Below are positions 40,701 through 52,949 of a stretch of 64,000 nt of DNA, piece by piece (positions within the stretch are counted from its first letter, which is position 1; each line of letters starts with the position of its first letter). Location of the stretch: NCBI GenBank assembly GCA_002633005.1, contig NMRA01000003.1, positions 2,164,727-2,228,726 on the forward strand, written 5' to 3'. The translations under genes were made by a program, and so were the position numbers. The DNA comes from Phoronis australis (Eukaryota; Animalia; Phoronida). The notes beneath the pieces are model-generated. The model did no database searches. It was not told the origin of the DNA and saw only the letters and a program-made list of their open reading frames with translations.

Positions 40701-40874
40701 CAATAACAACTGACTACACTTGGGAACCAAGCGGCAAGTGACTTGTTTCTCGTTGAACTTCAAAAACAGTTAACTGAACAAATTTCATACCGTTGACGTG
40801 CGAGCAGCGCCCAGAATTGTGTAGTAGTCTTCAGAATTGCCCGGTCCGTGATACTCCCTTATGCAGTGTGCCAT
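37736..40874 (-). CDS. DNAJC12: DnaJ homolog subfamily C member 12 (exons 40874-40791, 39305-39224, 38598-38459, 37882-37736)
   Basis: J-domain EDYYTILG..QINAEYKARVRYCHPDKNP..FKKLQEAKDCLTDPQKRMNYDRW, then ISFKEWNAL..TMHW and a C-terminal KFRNYEV*, matching DNAJC12 (SMHW..FRNYEI). Splice phases 0/1/0 are consistent. Confidence 0.9.
39634..40724 (+). repeat. ~450-bp direct duplication (39634-40094 and 40284-40724) separated by n plus a transposon end; likely two haplotypes
   Basis: Near-identical copies with small indels; n at 40095. Confidence 0.85.
40096..40283 (-). mobile_element. Partial copy of the 18851-19791 MULE-like element with an internally deleted TIR
   Basis: Reverse complement matches 19123-19297 joined directly to the ~20-bp terminus TAGGCAATGACCATCGCCTC. 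Confidence 0.85.
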
Positions 40875-40913
40875 CTTTGTTTATGCGCAAACGGAAGTGC
40901 GCAATAGTTCAAT
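40875..40913. promoter_or_regulatory. Candidate bidirectional promoter core between DNAJC12 and SIRT1
   Basis: ETS-like ACGGAAGT flanked by two TGCGCA palindromes; YY1-like AAGATGGC overlaps the DNAJC12 ATG. Confidence 0.55.
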
Positions 40914-43900
40914 ATGGAGGAAAGTCGCAAGCGAAAAGTTGATCACGCTGACGTTGAACACACTTTTGATCATCCTCCACGAATTCACGTACATTATGAA
41001 GATCCAGAACATGTTCATAAAAGGAGACGTAATGAAAGGAAGATACGCCAAGAGACTGCCTGGCTTTATCACGAGTCCCCGGTCCCGTCTCCTCCTGAAG
41101 TGACTGCCGAGAGTGAGATTAGTGGCGCCGCGGAAACAGAGCGGGAAAATATGAATGAGCCCGAGTCATCTGCCCCAGCAGGAGTTCGTGCGAACGGTAG
41201 CAAAAATAATTTGCACCAGAATCATTCAGACACAGAAACAGAAACTACGTGTGCTGTGGAGGACTCAATTGGTAATTGTCAATTGAAATGGTCATATTGT
41301 GATGACCTGTGGTCTGGACACTGTTCTGTTGACCCCGTCACACTGACATTGACAATTCGACGGTGATACGTGACTGACAGGGGAAACTTTCATTTATTTT
41401 ACTTAGAGTGAAAGAATGCAAACCATTAGTGATCGACTACAACTAGCCAATTTTTTATCCCATTACACCATTGCCTATTTTCTATGCTGTTCACAATCAT
41501 GTTTTATTTAGTTGTAGACATATAAACAGTATCCCCCGCCATGTTCACATAGATGAGGGCCGTATGGACTTCTGTGGTTGTGTGTGGGGGGTACTCCCAT
41601 AGTATAGAAGTGGTGTAATGTATGAGATAAGCGAAGATTCGTGAATTTTCCCAACCAGCCTCTGTTCAAAAGTGTGCCTTTTATGTCAAAATTTTCTGCA
41701 GAAGGATGCATTTCCTTTTCATTCTCTATAGTCAGAGGGGCTGGCTTTGGTAAGAGTCAGATGTAAAAAAGAACTGATTACTTGAACTGAATATCACCGG
41801 TTATTCAGTAGCATTAACTGGTTCCCAAATCAGGAATGTCACGTCCGACTGCTAAATATTACCTTCACTTTGGGAGTATCAATTTGAAACTCCAATTTAA
41901 GGTTGGTTTTCCCAAAGTCCTAGAATAATGAACAGAAGTGTTTTTAAAGCTTTCGTTGCAAAAGATGGCAATATGGCATCTTTTCTTGTACAGTTTGAAG
42001 CGTAATGAGTTAAAAACGTGACTGTCCAAGAATCTCTGAGAATAAGTTAGGTTTATCAAATTAGCCACCGCAAAATAGTGATGTTTCTGGAAGCTCCCTG
42101 CATGTGGTTCCATTATTCAAGTCCATTTTCTAATTTGAATGTATTGAGTACTGATCCTTTTGGAACCAAAAAACGTACTTTGATGTGGTAAGTGTACAGC
42201 CGTTTCGTCCATATCTCACAGACTCGATTCACCACTGGGTGCGCCCTCTGTCATTGTAAAATATAACAATAGGAACAGTTCCGGGGATTCCCTAATTTCG
42301 GGATCTGAATACACTGCAGGTAGATCAAGTCCCAGATCTGTGTTAAGACTAGGTCGAATTTGGTGATGCATCTCCTCCCAGCCAATAGTTGAGTGCTCCA
42401 AGGGCGTGGTCCGTGGTGTGCTTTTGATACCAATGCAGTGAGTTATAGTTTGAATGGCTCTGCTAATAGGGAACAATCCAAGAAGCGATACATATGCACC
42501 CCCATGGTTCAAATGAGATAACCAAGGAACTGAGTTTTGCAACATTCAGTTCATTAACATTTTGCTTACCATAATTAAAATGAATAATATAACAGTTTTG
42601 TTTCTGTGTCCAGGGCCCACTGTGAATTAAGTTCAGTTCAGTGTTTAGGCAGAAAAGGATTTGTTAAAGGTTTTTACAAAGACACTGAACTTCTTTTTTA
42701 GGCCATGCTGCACAAGATAAAGAATCTGATTCGGAAGAAAGTTCATGTGAGGTTTGTACAAATACTGTATACACATAGTCTGTTGGTCAAGACCTTGTGA
42801 GGCTCGTAGACATGCTGTATTCTTGTAGTCATTTGATCAGGACCATGTGAGGGTCATACAGATACTCTATACACACACTACTTGTCATTTGATTAAGTTC
42901 CTTGTTGTGTTTAGAAGTTTATAAGTGCGGGCAATCTGATGTCTTGCGGTGCATGAGATTTGCGCAGACGACATGGTTGAGCCCATTGCACAAAACACCT
43001 GAGCGAAACTTATGAGGCCTTGTTATCGCCCAGCAGATTCTTTGTGAAAGAAGTTTCAAGTCTGCCGGTCGCTTTTAAGAAAATGGACAGACTTTTCCAT
43101 TTGTTTCCATGCAGTATATGTAGTGATGTCATCCAGGAGCTTGCCCCTTAGCCTATGAACAGCTGTGCGAGACTGTACTAGGTGTTAAGGGGTTTCAACG
43201 TCAGTACCACACTGTTGACACAATGGGCTACCGTTATGCTCCATGATGTGCCTAGGTTACAGATATCTGTTGAAATTTGACTGTCTTATGCTCAGTCAGT
43301 CAAGACTCAAAAGGCTCTTTGTTTAGGACAAGTTCAATTAATTTCCATATTCTGAAAAAATACCTTTGCTGCTTATTAATGTTTGAAAAATTGTGGTTTA
43401 TGGTGATCTACATGGACATTCTACAAAGGTAACCCGATAGTTCATCACACATTTTTGTTACTTTGTAACTTATAACAATGAGTCATTAGGTAAACATTTT
43501 GCCTACTGTTGTTCACGTTTCTCTTGCTGAGAAATATTTATCAGTGAGTACGTATGTTTATACCACAATATTAGCGTCAAATGGCAGATACAACCGTGTA
43601 ATAACCCATAAAGTTATCTCACTAGTGAGATAACGATTTGGCGGGAAACCGAGGACGGGGTCGAACCCGGGACCCTAATATTGCTGGTCGCCGACTTTAC
43701 CACTACACTACGCAGCGACTGACGTCATCAAGAGTGAAAATAGAATACTTAAATGAGCATGCGCAATAATCGCACGTTCAACAAACCGCATTGTACTGTA
43801 CTTATACGCTACGAAAAATAAGACACATAATTTTCATAAAAATGATATCTTAATTCGGTGAAATTTTTCTCTCATGTCCTCTTACTTGTAAATCACCGAT

Positions 43901-46900
43901 CTCTAGTTTGAATGCGGGTATCGTGTCGTCAGGATCTTTGGCTTGAGAATTATATTCAGTTACCAGTGGTAACCTACTTTAGCAGACGATAATTTCCCGG
44001 TCGAAGCTTAGCGTGAAAAAAACGTGTTTTAAGCTATAATAGTTGGTAAACCTTAATTTATAAATTCAGTTTATTTCTATTATATTTAAGTTTTCAATTG
44101 GTTTTGAGTAAAAGCATTATTTGACAAAAATAGCCCGGCTTTTCTTAAAAGGTCACGACCTCCGACCCCGGGCCTCTGACATAGAAAGTAGTTACAAAGC
44201 CGTGGAGAGTCAGAAAAGGTAAATCGATTCATTGCAATGTTTCTCGTTTAGTATGTGGTATAAATAGATTATTACATGTTCTCAGCCGTTATCCCCCTTA
44301 TCTAGAGCCCTCGTGGATTTTGGAGAATTATCACCCTTGGGGCTAACGCCCCTCGGGCGATAATTCTCCAAAATCCACTCGGGCTCAAGATAACGGGGGA
44401 TAACGACTTCGCCATGTAATAATCTATATGTATCTTAGTATGCAGACGTACACGTGTGATTTCTAAAATTTGTTGAAAATATGCATGACCTATGCTTTGT
44501 GTTGTTCTATACATGTATGGTTGATTTGTTTTTTTTTATATCGAAACTTTAGAAGTTGGGTGATGGCTTGATTTATAGATTCTTTGTTTCACAATTAACA
44601 TTGGTCAGTCATGCTATGTGCGACTACTGATGGATCTCACTTTTTGTTTGTGCAGTCTACCCCTGAGAACTTGAGTGATATATCATCTATAAGTGATGGG
44701 GAACATGCCTGGAGACCTGTTGCAGGTAAGTCACCCATAAACGTGCAACCTACGACTCTTGTGTGCTCCGTATGACTGAATGTTGTCAAATATGCTGCTG
44801 TTCCGTCTTTGGCCAGTTCTGAGCCATGGTTTTCCTGCTTTCATGTTTTCTAGTATTTTGTTTATTTTTTGGCGTAAACATGTAAGGACATGGTGAGGAA
44901 CTGAAAATAATGGGTAACTATGGGTGATTGATTTGCAGATTACTAATCTTAATGTTAGATTATTAATCCATATTAGTTTTGTGAAGCAAACCCAGCTTAT
45001 TCCTGTATAATCATGATTGACTGATTCCTCTAAAAAAATGCATTGCCCTCTTCTGGTGTTTCTGGTCATTCACTTCATGAGTTAGACAGCTTCTGTAGGA
45101 GTCACCATCTTAAGAGAGAGTTCATGGTTTGAGAGGGGGTGTCGTAGAAGTTGTGTGGGTGAGTGCTGTTAGCGCCAGCTATAAAAAGATAGCATTGCAC
45201 TTGAACTCAATGTTGGTTACGGTAAAAATTCTCCAGTTTGAGACAGTGAAAATTGATTATTTTGTTTGAGCTTGCTGAAGTTTAGAAATATGTAATATTC
45301 ATCATCTCAAATTCAAGAATTGCCACCAAACACAAATGATCATTTGTCTCGATGTTGCACACTTTTAGGATGGATGAAATTGTTGTGTTGGCAGCTATTT
45401 TTGCCAATTTTATGACACTCCCAAGTCTACTTTCAGATGCTGTCGATACAAAAAGTAGTGTCCAAAATTTGAGAAATATGATGAACACCAAGATTGACGG
45501 TGTCCGACTCTATAGAATCAATAAAATTCAATTTTGCTTGAATTTCTGTGTCCCAAATTTTAGAAGCTGTACCAAACTGGATAATGTTTTCCGTATCTTG
45601 AAATTTCTGCATTTGTGTCATGAAGGCACTACCTTTTGTAGATTTGTTGTATTTTGTTAAGCTATTTGATGGATTCTATAGGGCCTATTTCATGGGTTCA
45701 GAGACAGATGGCGCTTGGTCAGAGCCCTCATGTCATTTTGTCACAACTCCTGCCTGATGGTACCTCTGTGCCTGATGATGTTCCTGACTTCTACTTGTGG
45801 AAGGTCATTGTCAATCTTCTGTCTGAACCGCCGAGACGCAAGAAATTAGATCACGTGAACACCTTCAGCGATGTTGTGGGTTTAATTCAGAGTTGTAAAA
45901 AGATCATGGTGCTTACTGGTGCTGGGGTGAGTTACTGTTCTATGCGGCTTTGTATTCAGGCTTTATTGTCTCGTAAAATTCAAAGTTGTCTTAAAGGTGT
46001 TGTAGGTCCACAAACGAACTGTTCACTTGGGTCACTTACCATTAGAAAAGTAATGCCGGCTTGTTGCTACTCAAGTGCAGTTGGGTTTGGGAGAACTGGC
46101 TGTTTATTATAGGTTGAGACTAGACTCGGTGCTTAAAATGACCAGTGGGGTCAAATGGATTTGTTGAGCCTGGTCTTGAACAGTTACAGACTGAAATGAC
46201 TTCTAATCGTAGTAATGGTTAACTGGAGGCGGATTTGCTGATTGTGAGGGGTCTTCATCTCAGGTTACCTTTGACAGAAGGTGGATATATTGGACCTTTA
46301 ATAGTCTACGATGCTTCATTTCGGTAAACTGAGGTACCTGTATGCCATCGTTCAACTATGGTTGATATATTTCTGGTGCTATGCCGACTTAAGTTTCAAC
46401 ATGTTACCATTTATCCATATGTAAAAGCTAAGACAAACTTTGATAAAAAGTTGTGGTATTTGACTAGCTAAGTAGGGTCCTTGTAAATATTTGACTAGCT
46501 AAGTAGGGTCCTTGTAAATATGTTCTGCCTGCCATTGGTAACCATGTTTGAGTTCAAGTTCATAACAATCAAGGTAAGCATTTACTGTTAATTATTAGTT
46601 GTTGCCCTTTTGTGGCAAAGAGGAATCGCGGTAAATGTTTACTGTCTACCATTAATTGTTACAGGTGTCTGTATCTTGTGGAATCCCAGACTTTCGTTCT
46701 CGTGATGGTATCTACTCTCGGCTAGCAGTCGATTATCCTGATCTTCCAGATCCTCAAGCCATGTTCGACATACACTACTTTAAAAGTAACCAAAAACCTT
46801 TCTTCCAGTTTGCTAGGGTGAGTGGATCAATTTCTATTTCCTTAATCTTTTACTTCGGGGGCCCATTTTACCAAAAGTTTCAAGTCCATGGTCTCAAGTG

Positions 46901-49900
46901 AGGCATTTGTAACTTCTATTTTTATTTCCACATGGTTAATTTCCATGGCTCATGAAGGCGGTTGTTAAAATTTATCATTTTCCATTTCCAGGAAATCTAT
47001 CCAGGACAATTTCAACCGTCGCCAAGTCACAAGTTTATACAACTCTTAGAAAAGGATGATAGACTTCTGAGAAACTATACACAGAATATTGATACTCTGG
47101 AGCAGGTGGCTGGGATATCCAATGTAGTCCAGTGTCACGGTATGTGTCCAGTCTCATCAGCATAGCACAGTATCAGATGTTGAGCTGGGATATCCAATGT
47201 AGTCCAGTGTCACGGTATGTGTCCAGTCTCATCAGCATAGCACAGTATCAGATGTTGAGCTGGGATATCCAATGTAGTCCAGTGTCACGGTATGTGTCCA
47301 GTCTCATCTGCATAGCACAGTATCAGATGTTGAGCTTATTTAATCATGGTCATCCTGTTAAAATTTCTGTACAGCAGATTAAAAGAAAACTTGATGCCAA
47401 CATACTCAAAATGTTATTTCAATTACTGAATTTTTGAATTTTCAAAAGCAAGTTTGCTACTTGAAACTGGAATCCCCAATTAGGATTTTGTACGATTTGT
47501 AGGATTTTCCTGAAATAAACAATAACAGGGAGTGTCAATGAAATACAATGCTTCGTGACAAATGGGACATATTATTTCAGCTCCTCATTTACTTATGTAT
47601 AGAATAAACTTAACCAATGGTATTATTGGTACACAACGTCCTTAGTCTATGCCGATGTTACTGCTGTCAGTGACCACAAAACTGCCTTGAAAAGCATCCC
47701 CCAAGTTCTTCAATTCTGTGTGTTGGTGACTTTTTCCATTACTAGGCCAGTTTTTCTGATTATGAGCCTGGGCATATATCCATGGTACTAGAAGTGAAAA
47801 AATGACATTTGCGAATACATGCCCTGGTTCTTAGTATCAAAAAGTCCTGGTAACACCAGGATACAATAGGGCTATACAGCTATTTTTACATTCAGTTCAT
47901 CTGATGGAAAAACACGTGTTTGTTTGTGAAACAAGTAATATAGAACTGTTGTGTAACTTGTGTTGCAGGTTCCTTTGCCACAGCTACTTGTATGGTGTGT
48001 CACAGTAAAGTTGACTGTGAAGAAATCAAACCAGATATCTTTAATCAGGTCAGTAGAAAGCACTACTTTCAGTGTAACAGTATGCTGAATAGCGACTCGA
48101 TCAGTCAATGACATTCTTCCTGTGTGTTGTGCAAGTGTTGTGGTGTATTTCTGTAGACCAACTGATAAAGCTCCAGAGGACAGGTACAGAGTGGGTAATG
48201 TTCTGTGGTCATCTCTATCTGTGTGTTTGCCTGTACTTCCAGTGTTTGATGAACAGGAGAACTTCAGCCCCCTGTTGGTCCACTAAAATTGATAAACCTG
48301 CTGTAGGCGTGCGGGTGTTTCACTGTTCTTGACCGAGCCACTGACACAAGTCAATATGCAACATCTGTTTTAGTTTTTCATTGTTCCTCATCCATCCACT
48401 TAACGAAGTCATTATGCTATATCCAGGTCGTAATGATTTACTGTTTTTGACCGAACCACTGATACAAGTCAATATGTAATATCCGTCATAGTGTTTCACG
48501 GTGTTTCACCACGGCATACTGTGATCTCTCCAGGTAATCCCCAGATGTCGCCACTGTCCAGCTGAGACAGAGCTTGCCATTATGAAGCCAGACATTGTGT
48601 TCTTTGGGGAGAGTCTACCAGACTCCTTTCACCATCAAATGGCTGAGGATAAAGATCACTGTGACCTGTTGATTGTTATTGGGTCTTCTCTCAAAGTTCG
48701 TCCTGTTGCCCTCATTCCCAGTAAGTGGATCTAACTAAATTTGTTGAATACACTGAATGATAAATAACTTCAAAGCAACTGACCAAACGAACATCAGCTT
48801 ACTTAAATGAATGTCAAATATCTCCTATCCACTAGTACTGTTATGTTCTTCGTTGAAATATTTTTGACGTCTTGCCCTTGAAAATAATATCACAATGCAT
48901 GTATTTTTGTGACTAGTTGTTCGACTACACCAAAGCGTAGGCCGCCTAGGTCAGCGTACTTGTGTCGTGAACAATGATACAGGCATGAACATTATAAATG
49001 ATTTGAAATTCATTGTGTAGAAACTATAGCTACGTGTGCAATACATGCATGTGTATCACTTTTAATCGGATGCAATTTCCAATAGAAAGTTCAACTCTCA
49101 CACGTAGTAGTGTGGCTATGATGACGTAATTATAATGTATAGGTCAGGTCTGCTGGTGCATCTTTTAAAGACCTTACATGGTTCGGTTACGATTCAGTAG
49201 CTCTGAACTATAGGAATAGTGGATAACATGATTTAAATTACCCCTCATGATAGGTGGCTCATATGACAGTCAATTGTGTTTGCACTCGGTCGTCAAACTG
49301 CGGAATCATGTCTGTGCTCAGCTGTCATGATGTGGAATAACGATTCATTTTGTTTGTTTCCTTCTGGCTTGTATTATAGTAATTCACAGACATCACAGTC
49401 TGAGTTGGTGAAAAGCTTTTACCTTTCCATATCTTATACTTTGGAATTTCAGTCATTAACTTGAAACTCGTAAAAGCGGCCATCTTAAATATAGTAAAAA
49501 GAAAACAACAAAGTTGGTGAATGGGGAGTGAAATTTGAAGTCATTTCCAATTTCACGGTCGAAATTAGGTTTCTCAGGGCCCAAGCTATAAAACATTTGA
49601 GCCACAGTCATTATAATTCCCCCTTCGCCAAAATTTTTTAGGTCTCCCTGGCCCCTGGTCACCATGCCCTTTGAGGGCCCCTGTGACAGTGAGATGGGGC
49701 CATATTTCATGCAAATCCCCAAACTGACATTTTTTCATAGTCTTCATTTGCCAAAACTTTTGAATAACCCCTGTGGGTACAAGGTGGGGCCCCTATTTTG
49801 ATATGGGGCCCCAAGCTGTAGCTCATTTAGCTTAATGGATAATCTAGCTCTTGTCAACTATGAAGTCTCTGCCCCATGACTTTTTAAAAAAAGTGATCTT

Positions 49901-52900
49901 ATTGGTTGTAAGTACATTAATAGTCTTGTCTTTATTGCCATAGAATGTGTTGAATACCAGCGTGCTGTACAACTTAGATGTGTAAAAGTGGACCATGTGG
50001 ATATTTATTCTAAAACACTTGGTTTTGATAGTGATCTACTTGCTGTCTGACCTCACCGTGTCATTGATTGAATTGATACCCAGTTATGTTTACTTAGATT
50101 TTGCACAACTCATTACAGGTTCTGTTGATGCCAGTATACCACAAATTCTCATCAATCGAGAACCACTAAACCATCTGACATTTGATGTTGAACTTCTCGG
50201 AGATTGTGATATTATCATCAGTGAAATATGCCGACGCCTTGGCCGTGATTGGTCAGATCACATTTGTGCTACAGACAACATGTTAAGTGAATGTCAGCTG
50301 AGTGATTTGGCTCTTCCTCCACCAACAAAAGAGCAGCACGGGGAATCAGAACCTGTTCCTGTCGCTGAGGCTGAGGCTGGTGCCCTGAGCTCTGAACCAA
50401 TCACAGCTCAGCATGATGTGCCCACAGCGTCATCTAGTGGGCTAACAGAAAATGATGGGAAGGTAGAAAATGGCACAGGCAAGGAGGAGGACCTCAATCT
50501 CTTGTGGGAAGGATCTCTTTCGCAGTACTTGAAAAGTATGTGAACTGATGCCTCACATTTGTGTGCCTTTGTTAATTGCAAGGAAAATCAGTTAATCATA
50601 TCTTTTATTTCATAACAATGCAAACTCTGCTGCTGGATAGAGTCTTTGACAATGTTTTATAATATTTTTATTAAATTATTAACATTTTTGATCTGTAGGT
50701 TTGTGTCCCTGTTATAGTGAAGCGTATCGGTGTCTCGTCTTCTGTTAGTTGAGACATTGTGATGAAAATCAGTGCAATCTTAAATTGAACTACACTAAAA
50801 TTCGCATTAAAAGTCGGATACAAGCGGACTAAGAGATTTTATTTGGGTAAGGTGAAATTTGACTCGTCTGAAGGACCAAGTGCAGTGTGTAACTTAACAT
50901 CTGACTTGAGCATGTTCCACTTTAGGGTTTACTGTACGCTCAGATTATTTTTCACAAATATGAGGATGTCATCAGCTTTACAAAAACAAACCACACTGAC
51001 AAAGGAACCAGCTTCCATGATTACATCACAAAGGAAAGAAATGTTACTTATTACCATATTTCGTAAGTTAATTATTGTCCGATGAGAAAATTTTGATTTG
51101 GCGAGTTTCACTTATGTGGACCAGCAGGTATCAGTATTTTCCACGAGTTTGACACAGTTTCAATTTTGGTGTTTTTCAAATTTTAATATTCTGTATCTTG
51201 GTCTTTTACCTTCTATAAATCTGCATAAATGTGGAGAATTGAAATTTTTAAACATGGAATACTTTTGTTGCTTGGTGTCAGTTTTATGTTTTAGCGTCTG
51301 TACCTGTAGTTCCTAGTTGAAGGATTTTTCTTCGCTGTTTCACTTTTTTACCTCACGTACTTGCTATTGTAATGAGAAAAAACATGATTTATTGACTTTG
51401 GCTTTGAGCTATTTTAGCTGTTACTGCATCAATTTCAAGATCATGATTACGTTATGTTGTTGAGATTATGAAATATAAGTTTGGTTAATGTGAATAACCG
51501 TAGTACAACGTTTATTCTGTGTTTTCAGATCGACTAAAAACTTGTTTCCATTTCATCTTGTTTTTGAACAATTTGCTAATTGCAAAATTTGATGTTGCGC
51601 TCTACGGGGCTTGGAATTTTCCTCTTTTAAGAGGATTTCCTCTGTTTGGGTCTCAATTTTCTCTTACCCGGTATTTGATTTCCAATCTCCACTTTTTTAT
51701 CTCTTCTATAGTTACTTTGACTTTATTCATGCAAAAATGTTTTTTTCAATTAAATTTTACAACACGCAAATATTTCTATCACACAAGCCTATTCGTTTGT
51801 GAAGCGATACATCACAAGTGGAAAATTTTTATGCGCCCACATATTTATATGTGGACGCATTATGCAGTCATCTCTGTCCGTCCGTCCGTTCGGGCGGCGT
51901 CCGTCCGGCGTCCGCTGCTCTATCTCCAAAACCCTTTGACATACGTTCATGAAATTTGGCACATATGTTCCATTCATGAATGGGACGGCATGTGCGAACT
52001 TTCGGACGGATCCGACTACCGGTGTGCCCCCTAGTGGCAATTTTAGTTTTTTACGCTTACCTTTGTATCTTCAAAAGTCCTGAACGGATTTTCATGAAAT
52101 TTGNNNNNNNNNNNNNNNNNNNNNNNNNNNNNNNNNNNNNNNNNNNNNNNNNNNNNNNNNNNNNNNNNNNNNNNNNNNNNNNNNNNNNNNNNNNNNNNNN
52201 NNNNNNNNNNNNNNNNNNNNNNNNNNNNNNNNNNNNNNNNNNNNNNNNNNNNNNNNNNNNNNNNNNNNNNNNNNNNNNNNNNNNNNNNNNNNNNNNNNNN
52301 NNNNNNNNNNNNNNNNNNNNNNNNNNNNNNNNNNNNNNNNNNNNNNNNNNNNNNNNNNNNNNNNNNNNNNNNNNNNNNNNNNNNNNNNNNNNNNNNNNNN
52401 NNNNNNNNNNNNNNNNNNNNNNNNNNNNNNNNNNNNNNNNNNNNNNNTGTGCTGGGACCTCTGAATTAATAATGCAGTGTTGCATTTTCAGAGAACACCT
52501 TCGTTCACATCCCTCCCTGCCGTTATGTGTTTGAAGGAGCTGAAATACTATGCAGTGATGGTGGTAATGACAGTGATGAAGGGGCGGAAGTTATTTGCAG
52601 TGATGATGACGTGGAGTCTAATGCCAGTGAGGCCTCTAATGACGAAGCTGACAGTAGCGAGGTGGTACAGAGGGAAGTGGAGAGTACCCTTGATCAGTCC
52701 AGCTCATCTCACAGTCTATCAACTGCATCTGACGCTATAGCAGCTATATCCTCAACATTGTCCGAGCCACGGATTGACGGCGTGGACACAGCACCTAGGG
52801 CTGCTAACAGAACTGTGTCTAGTGACAGTAATGAGTGTTCCAGTAGCCAGTGTGACAATAGTAACCTTGACAACAGTAACCTTGACACTGGTGACTATGG

Positions 52901-52949
52901 TAATGAGGAGGCCAGTGTTGTCCCAGCTACCAGCTCCAGCTGTCATTAG
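40914..52949 (+). CDS. SIRT1: NAD-dependent deacetylase sirtuin-1 (exons 40914-41271, possible micro-exon, 44656-44725, 45682-45926, 46665-46817, 46992-47139, 47969-48048, 48534-48720, 50119-50535, 52492-52949)
   Basis: [94 protein letters not shown], plus C-terminal regulatory motif [15 protein letters not shown]. The exon 1 start and the exon1-exon2 junction are less certain. Confidence 0.93.
43645..43720 (-). mobile_element. tRNA-derived (SINE-like) head inside a SIRT1 intronic repeat
   Basis: Minus strand shows A-box TAGTGTAGTGG and B-box GGTTCGACCC at tRNA-like spacing; no clean cloverleaf. Confidence 0.55.
44264..44427. repeat. 164-bp imperfect palindrome
   Basis: atagattattacatg...gtggattttggagaattatc.ccc [gctaacg loop] ...ggg.gataattctccaaaatccac...catgtaataatctat. 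Confidence 0.9.
47109..47336 (+). repeat. 75-bp tandem triplication spanning a SIRT1 exon end and 5' splice site
   Basis: Unit gctgggatatccaatgtagtccagtgtcacg|gtatgtgtcc...gatgttga x3, nearly identical. Confidence 0.95.
51605..51820. repeat. Dispersed repeat; diverged inverted copy at ~55240-55435
   Basis: gaggatttcct, atttgatttcca, tttacaacac, cacaagcctatt and gatacatcac appear as reverse complements, in order, at 55.2-55.4 kb. Confidence 0.65.
51826..52103 (+). mobile_element. 5' end of a HINE/DINE-like (Helentron non-autonomous) element; runs into a gap
   Basis: T-run start tttttatgc, hairpin gcgcccacata..tatgtggacgc, (GTCC)n microsatellite, then units homologous (inverted) to the 55.5-57.4 kb array. 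Confidence 0.65.
52104..52447. other. Assembly gap (N run)
   Basis: Run of n. Confidence 1.

Noticed and set aside
43645-43720. Possible functional tRNA gene
   Set aside because: A and B boxes are present but acceptor and anticodon stems do not pair convincingly; treated as SINE-like.
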